This document shows, one piece after another, positions 59,005-64,000 of a DNA stretch of 64,000 nt. Position 1 is the stretch's first letter, and each line of letters begins with the position of its first letter. Source of the DNA: a virus; UHGV virus genome UHGV-1364187. One strand, given 5' to 3'. A program made the position numbers and the translations under genes. The notes under the pieces are model-generated. The model saw only the letters and a program-made list of their open reading frames with translations, had not been told where the DNA came from and searched no databases.

Positions 59005-59047
59005 AAAAAAATAAAAGAGCATACTTACATGTATGCTCTTTATTAAA
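59005..59047 (-). terminator. Intrinsic terminator downstream of the tubulin-like gene
   Basis: aaaaaaataaaagagcatacttacatgtatgctctttatt. Confidence 0.65.
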
Positions 59048-59050
59048 ATT

Positions 59051-60238
59051 CTATAGTTCTTTTCCAGTTGAAGTATTAACTAGGATTGATTTTGGACTTG
59101 ATTGTTCATTGTTAATTGTTTGAGTTTTATTTGGTTCACTTGATTTCTTTTTATTCTTAAAGAAACCAGGTTTAGTTGTTCTTACATTAAACTCATCTTC
59201 TTCAATTTCCATTTTGTTAATATCACTATAGAATGAATCTTGAGTTTTATTAACTCTACTTGCAACTTCTTGATATTTTGTATAAATATCTTGAAGTTCT
59301 TTTACTGGTAATTTTAATCCAGCGATAATAATAATAGCATATTGATCTTCGCCATCTAATACTGGTTGAATATGATCGTATGCTTCATATGGTTCTCCAA
59401 CAACATCTTTAATTGCTCTATAAGAGTAATCAATGATATTCTTTGTTTCTTCATTGATATTCCATACAACACCAATACGTTTGCATGATGGTTGTTCAAT
59501 ATCAATTGATTTTGTATTTTGGATAGCTTTAACTAATAAGTCATCTAACTGTTCTTGAGTTTTAATATCTCTTCCGATAGATACTTTTTCAATTAAACTA
59601 TATCCAGGATTGTTGATAAGTTTAAAGTGGTCTGTATCATCAATATTTTGACTTCCTTCTCTTAATACTGAACCAGTAATAACTTTAAGCTCTTCTACGA
59701 ATAATTCATTAGCCATCTTTTCAGCTGCAACTTTATTACCTTTAGCATCTGATAAGAATTTTGCATTACTAATAGTATGAACTACGTATTGTGGTAAGAA
59801 TTGTTTAAATAGATTAACTGTATTTCCTAATCCTCTTGCATCTGCATGGAATCCCATTAATGGGAATTGATGTACTGTGATGCCTGTATTTTCTGTAATG
59901 TAGTTTCCTAATACAGGAGCACCACCACATCCAGTTCCACCTTCAGCACCAAATACAATTACAACTGCATCGTCATCTTCTTCTAAGAATTCTGGTAATA
60001 ATTCTTCTAATTCTCCACCATTAAGAGATTGCTCCATCATATCAGCACCAAGTTTTGTTTCTTTACCTGCACCATTAATGTCTCCAATGATGATTGAAAT
60101 ATCTCTATACTCTACTGGGATGTCTTTGTCAGTGCTATTGATAAGTTTAACATATTCTCTAGATATTGCACCTTTTTCAATTGCATCAATACTTGCTTTG
60201 TTTCCTGCTGCACCAACACCGAATAATTTTGTTTTCAT
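59051..60238 (-). CDS. Tubulin/FtsZ-family GTPase (PhuZ/TubZ-like)
   Basis: N-terminal GVGAAGNKA matches the FtsZ GVGGGGNNA stretch. The T4-loop-like AEGGTGCGGAP matches GGGTGSG. The size, 395 aa, is appropriate. Confidence 0.6.
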   Translation of the reverse strand: MKTKLFGVGAAGNKASIDAIEKGAISREYVKLINSTDKDIPVEYRDISIIIGDINGAGKETKLGADMMEQSLNGGELEELLPEFLEEDDDAVVIVFGAEGGTGCGGAPVLGNYITENTGITVHQFPLMGFHADARGLGNTVNLFKQFLPQYVVHTISNAKFLSDAKGNKVAAEKMANELFVEELKVITGSVLREGSQNIDDTDHFKLINNPGYSLIEKVSIGRDIKTQEQLDDLLVKAIQNTKSIDIEQPSCKRIGVVWNINEETKNIIDYSYRAIKDVVGEPYEAYDHIQPVLDGEDQYAIIIIAGLKLPVKELQDIYTKYQEVASRVNKTQDSFYSDINKMEIEEDEFNVRTTKPGFFKNKKKSSEPNKTQTINNEQSSPKSILVNTSTGKEL

Positions 60239-60381
60239 AATAAAAATCCCTCCTAAAATATTATATATTATATAATCATGTGTTATAATATATTTTGAAA
60301 TTTAACACATGATAAGATTAGATAATAGATTAAGCTCTATTATCTAATCTTCATTCACTATTATAATATATAATTATAATT

Positions 60382-60594
60382 TTATTTGTTTACAATTTTT
60401 GACATATAATCTAGGTTTTCTTTATACTGAATTATTTCTTCGTTAAGATAATCATTTTGAATTTGTAAATCTATAATTGTTTGATTTTGTTCTTTTATCT
60501 TTTTATTAAGTTGAGTTATGTATCCTATTTCTAAAATTATTGTGAATACTATTAACCCAATTAATATGTAAGATTTTATAGATAATTTATACAT
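60382..60594 (-). CDS. Small bitopic protein with an N-terminal TM helix and a coiled coil (FtsB/DivIC-like architecture)
   Basis: SYILIGLIVFTIILEIGYI TM helix followed by a heptad-rich tail. Confidence 0.4.
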   Translation of the reverse strand: MYKLSIKSYILIGLIVFTIILEIGYITQLNKKIKEQNQTIIDLQIQNDYLNEEIIQYKENLDYMSKIVNK

Positions 60595-60595
60595 A

Positions 60596-60718
60596 TCTAT
60601 TTATTCTGTTTTTGATTATCTTTAACTTTTTTAGCATCTTCTTCACTAACTTCAGTAATACCTAAACCTAAATCACCTTGTTCTTGTATCATTACTAATT
60701 GTTCATCATTATTTCCCA
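60596..60718 (-). CDS. Small acidic 40-aa peptide
   Basis: RBS aggagagattaatat then ATG. The start abuts the second copy of the 85-bp repeat element. Confidence 0.3.
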
Positions 60719-60724
60719 TATATT

Positions 60725-60808
60725 AATCTCTCCTCTCTTATCTATCTTTTAAGGGTTCCTAGTCAACGCCTTTAAAAGCCCCTTAGTTTTTTGTTAGAAG
60801 TTTAATAA
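60725..60808 (-). repeat. 85-bp element, copy B (inverted orientation)
   Basis: See copy A. It runs directly into the RBS and ATG of the 40-codon ORF at 60718. Confidence 0.7.
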
Positions 60809-60812
60809 AAAC

Positions 60813-61544
60813 TTACATAGTTTTTATTTGCTTTACTTTAGAATTTTTCATTGTAAATGGCAACATGTAATCTTCATTAATAAGATTTGAATATAAATGT
60901 GAAGCTATCATATATGCATTTACAGTATTTTTTGCAATACTATCTTCTTCATCTATATCTAAATCTTCCAATCTTACCATACCTGTAGTTCTAATATCAT
61001 TATACATTTGTCCTTTAGCTACCATAGCATCAGCTTTAGGTTTATAAAATTCTGTAGCTACTTTATCAAGACCCATAACCACTAATGCATTTAATTCATT
61101 ATCAGAAGTTAAACTTCCTTTATCTTCATGTGTTAATCTACCAGTTTTACCATCACGTTTATCTATATTAGTTGGGTTACTGTTCTTCTTAGATAGAATT
61201 TGTTTCATTCTTTTTAGATGAAAATATACAACTGGAGCTGGTCTTGTTTCTAATGGATATCCATCTTTAGTATACACTGATGGATTGTATATAGTTTCAC
61301 ATATAGGAACTCCCATTACATCTAATGCATTTTTTATATCTCCATATGTAGGCTCAACTACAAATGGTTTATGATGAAATCTAAAACATAATGGTCTATT
61401 GATAAAAATTTCAAATTCTTTATCTGACATTTTTGAGAATAATTTCTTATAGTATTCTAAATTTGTATTACTTCTATCTAGTTTAGACATTACATCATAT
61501 ACTAGTCTTTCTATTTTATTTCTTACTTCTTTACTAATTGCCAT
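60813..61544 (-). CDS. Hypothetical protein, 243 aa
   Basis: ORF only. Confidence 0.45.
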   Translation of the reverse strand: MAISKEVRNKIERLVYDVMSKLDRSNTNLEYYKKLFSKMSDKEFEIFINRPLCFRFHHKPFVVEPTYGDIKNALDVMGVPICETIYNPSVYTKDGYPLETRPAPVVYFHLKRMKQILSKKNSNPTNIDKRDGKTGRLTHEDKGSLTSDNELNALVVMGLDKVATEFYKPKADAMVAKGQMYNDIRTTGMVRLEDLDIDEEDSIAKNTVNAYMIASHLYSNLINEDYMLPFTMKNSKVKQIKTM

Positions 61545-61554
61545 AATATCTCTC

Positions 61555-62715
61555 CTATCTACTACAATTATGAGTATACAGTATAAAATATGACAGTATA
61601 GCTCTATTGTATGAATTTTTTGTTGCTATTCTCGATTTTCTCTTATTATATGCTGGACTGTTCTCTGATAAGAATATTTCTAATATCTCTTTTTGTCTAG
61701 CGATATTAGGATTCTTCGAGTTTGGTTTAGCAGTATTAGAGAATGATACGAATCTAATATCAGAAGCTCTACCATTTGGATATGTATCTAAGTATTCTGT
61801 CAAAAGAATACCAATTAACTCTTCTATCATTGGTAGATTTTGTTTATTATCTAATATAGATTCCATAATACTCTTTATTTCATCTGTTTTTACATCACTA
61901 TTGGATACATATTTACATAATCTATAATCTACGTTTTTAGTAGTCATATTTGATATAACTTTTTGTGATGTTTGATTAATTTGTAAAGTTTTACTATCTG
62001 CTCTATGAAAATTATCTTCATCATCAGAGTCTGTATCATATGTGATATATTCTCTCTTTTCAAAAGCATCATAATACATAGAGGCAACATTTTTAAGCAT
62101 AGCTTTTATTCTATCACGTAATTGCAGTATAATATATGCAACATCTTCATCTGAAAATTCTTTAATTTCATCTTTATAAGTAGATAACCATGTTTCTGTT
62201 AAACTATTAACAGCTTTGATTACACTGCCTTCTTTCTTTATATCGAATTTAGATGATAGTTTATTATTTACTACATATTCCATAATATACCTATATTGTG
62301 TTGGAGCAATTGGGAAACAAACATAATGCATGGATGGATAAAATTTACCACTAAATGATAAATATACACATGCTAAATCTAAGTCTTTTCCATGCTTAGT
62401 ATCATAGAGAAGTTTCACTAAACATATTACACATACTGTGAATTCATCTTTAGCAGCCATAGCTCTAAATTTAGCATCTTCCCAATAATATGTGTGTGAT
62501 AACATTTCTCTTACTTTATTGATATCGATATCGAATGTATTAAAGAAATCATCACGATCTTCTGCCATAAATGATATTCTATCACATGGACATGTATCAT
62601 ATAACATAGTAGATCGTTTATTCATAAATCTAGACATAATCTGTTTAAATTTTGTTGGATCATATTTAGATTTTATATATGGATATATTTCATTTTTGAT
62701 AGCGTAAGTATCCAT
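61555..62715 (-). CDS. Hypothetical protein, 386 aa
   Basis: ORF only. Confidence 0.45.
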   Translation of the reverse strand: MDTYAIKNEIYPYIKSKYDPTKFKQIMSRFMNKRSTMLYDTCPCDRISFMAEDRDDFFNTFDIDINKVREMLSHTYYWEDAKFRAMAAKDEFTVCVICLVKLLYDTKHGKDLDLACVYLSFSGKFYPSMHYVCFPIAPTQYRYIMEYVVNNKLSSKFDIKKEGSVIKAVNSLTETWLSTYKDEIKEFSDEDVAYIILQLRDRIKAMLKNVASMYYDAFEKREYITYDTDSDDEDNFHRADSKTLQINQTSQKVISNMTTKNVDYRLCKYVSNSDVKTDEIKSIMESILDNKQNLPMIEELIGILLTEYLDTYPNGRASDIRFVSFSNTAKPNSKNPNIARQKEILEIFLSENSPAYNKRKSRIATKNSYNRAILSYFILYTHNCSR

Positions 62716-62776
62716 AAAGTTTACACCTCCTTATAGAATTACTTAGATGTTCTGACACATAAAATATACGAAGGAA

Positions 62777-63085
62777 TTAACCTTCGTATATTGCCACAAC
62801 AGCTAATCCTCCATTTTTTAATACATTGATAACAAACTGTTTCCCTTCAGGAACCATATTATCTTTTTCAAAATGGAAATTCATTGCTAAATATCTAGGT
62901 ATACATAAGTTTTGTATACCACGTTTACCTCCACAATCCATTGCAACTGATTTTGAATTAAACCTATCGAATGGTTCTACTGTAGTTGCAACAAACGGTT
63001 TATCTTCAGAATCATAATCACAATCATGACACTTGCAATCTGGTGGACATGTTTGTGGTTGTCCATTTTGATCTTCATCAGCCAT
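62777..63085 (-). CDS. Small Cys-rich protein, 102 aa
   Basis: N-terminal cysteines in QTCPPDCKCHDCD. Confidence 0.4.
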   Translation of the reverse strand: MADEDQNGQPQTCPPDCKCHDCDYDSEDKPFVATTVEPFDRFNSKSVAMDCGGKRGIQNLCIPRYLAMNFHFEKDNMVPEGKQFVINVLKNGGLAVVAIYEG

Positions 63086-63098
63086 ATTAATTCACCTC

Positions 63099-63485
63099 CT
63101 AAAAATTTCTACCTATTACACGTATATTAGCCAATTCACCATCCATACATGTTATTATAAATTCTTGACCTTTACTAATAGTATCACCTTCATCACGAGG
63201 ACACATAAACGCAAATTCTTGAGCTACATTTAATAATACATAATTACTTGTCTCATATTCTTCTGGTTCTACTTTATTTTTATTTACTATATGAGAAGTT
63301 GATACTTTTTGTTTAGACTCCATCGGTTCCATTTCTGGAATTTCTGGCATTAATAATGGAATTTTAAACTTAATTCCTTGTGTTGATTGACAGTTCATAT
63401 CTTCCATCATTACTGCAGTCATATTATTCGATAATTCATTTCTAAAATTATAAGGTTTAATTTCTTTAAATAACATATATCTCAC
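63099..63485 (-). CDS. Hypothetical protein, 128 aa
   Basis: RBS aaggaggtgag. Confidence 0.45.
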   Translation of the reverse strand: MRYMLFKEIKPYNFRNELSNNMTAVMMEDMNCQSTQGIKFKIPLLMPEIPEMEPMESKQKVSTSHIVNKNKVEPEEYETSNYVLLNVAQEFAFMCPRDEGDTISKGQEFIITCMDGELANIRVIGRNF

Positions 63486-63574
63486 CTCCTTATTTATTAT
63501 TAGGTTATATTCTAAAAAATTAAACAGATTTTAACACATATATAATTTTAAGACATCAAAAGGAGACTTATATT

Positions 63575-63982
63575 ATGATGACAGTACAACAATTACAACT
63601 TATGATTTTATATTTATTAGGATATCATACAGATCAATACATGAACGTATTATATCAAAATGACGATCATGTAGTAATTGATGGTATGAATGTTTATGTT
63701 GAAGATGGTGTTTCTAATATAACACCTAATAATAGAAGACTATTGAATATATTATATGATTTGCATAGTATATTACCTATATTTGAATATTCAATATTTA
63801 ATTCTAATATAAAAGTTTATGCTTACTATACAGAGATTATAAATAAGAAATGTATAGTATATATACGAACAGATTCTATGACAATAGAGTCAAAACCTTT
63901 TAGTAATCATTGTTTAGCTTATATAGATATTCTATTACAGTTACACAATGTTCATATAGATTTAACTCAATTTGAAAAATAG
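63575..63982 (+). CDS. Hypothetical protein, 135 aa
   Basis: RBS aaaggagac. Confidence 0.45.
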   Translation: MMTVQQLQLMILYLLGYHTDQYMNVLYQNDDHVVIDGMNVYVEDGVSNITPNNRRLLNILYDLHSILPIFEYSIFNSNIKVYAYYTEIINKKCIVYIRTDSMTIESKPFSNHCLAYIDILLQLHNVHIDLTQFEK

Positions 63983-64000
63983 AAAGGGTGATTTAATATG

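Noticed and set aside
18841-60808. Idea that inversion between the two 85-bp inverted repeats would reunite the two DNA polymerase halves
   Set aside because: Inverting the 18.9-60.7 kb segment would flip the N-terminal fragment to the plus strand. But it would still sit about 35 kb downstream of the C-terminal fragment, so contiguity is not restored. The repeats are better explained as a shared regulatory element.
1-64000. tRNA genes, CRISPR arrays, an integrase, a transposase or attachment sites
   Set aside because: No cloverleaf-compatible GC-rich 70-90-nt segments, such as a GGTTCGA TpsiC motif in an intergenic context, were found. There are no regularly spaced direct repeats. No ORF shows tyrosine or serine recombinase or DDE motifs. 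The intergenic ORF-free stretches are accounted for by introns, promoters and terminators.

Overview
This window reads as a 64-kb, AT-rich (roughly 25-30% GC) segment of a large virulent tailed phage, probably a jumbo-type myovirus of a low-GC Gram-positive host. It does not look like bacterial chromosome. Genes sit in short divergent or convergent blocks. Most are on the minus strand, apart from a plus-strand block at 18.9-32.9 kb. Recognisable content falls into four groups. (1) Fragments of a phage multisubunit RNA polymerase: a partial beta-prime C-terminal fragment (1..1551), a beta N-fragment (47544..49265), and a beta C-fragment in two exons (53532..56219). (2) A family-B DNA polymerase encoded as two separate genes at distant loci on opposite strands: the exonuclease domain plus motif A at 35801..37744 (-), and motifs B, C and KKRY at 4327..6849 (+). 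(3) Nucleotide and DNA metabolism: thymidylate synthase (ThyA), dihydrofolate reductase (DHFR), dCMP deaminase, an NAD-dependent ligase, a UvsX/RecA-like recombinase, an SbcC/Rad50-like ATPase, a guanylate-kinase-like protein and an AAA+ ATPase. (4) Morphogenesis: terminase large subunit, tail sheath and tail tube. Three closely related group I introns without homing-endonuclease genes interrupt the polymerase, the RNAP beta gene and the recombinase gene. Other notable genes are a tubulin/FtsZ-family (PhuZ/TubZ-like) GTPase, a pair of macro-domain-like proteins, a compact GH13 (alpha-amylase family) enzyme, a Bro-N protein, and many small coiled-coil, cysteine-rich or tail-anchored membrane proteins. 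Non-coding structure is conspicuous. A roughly 45-nt promoter/leader/RBS cassette recurs before at least 12 minus-strand genes. Bidirectional terminators share a stereotyped sequence format. An 85-bp inverted repeat occurs twice, 42 kb apart. Several small genes show in-frame stops or frameshifts. I found no tRNA genes, CRISPR arrays, integrases or transposases. All protein calls rest on motifs read from the six-frame translations; none has been checked against a database.
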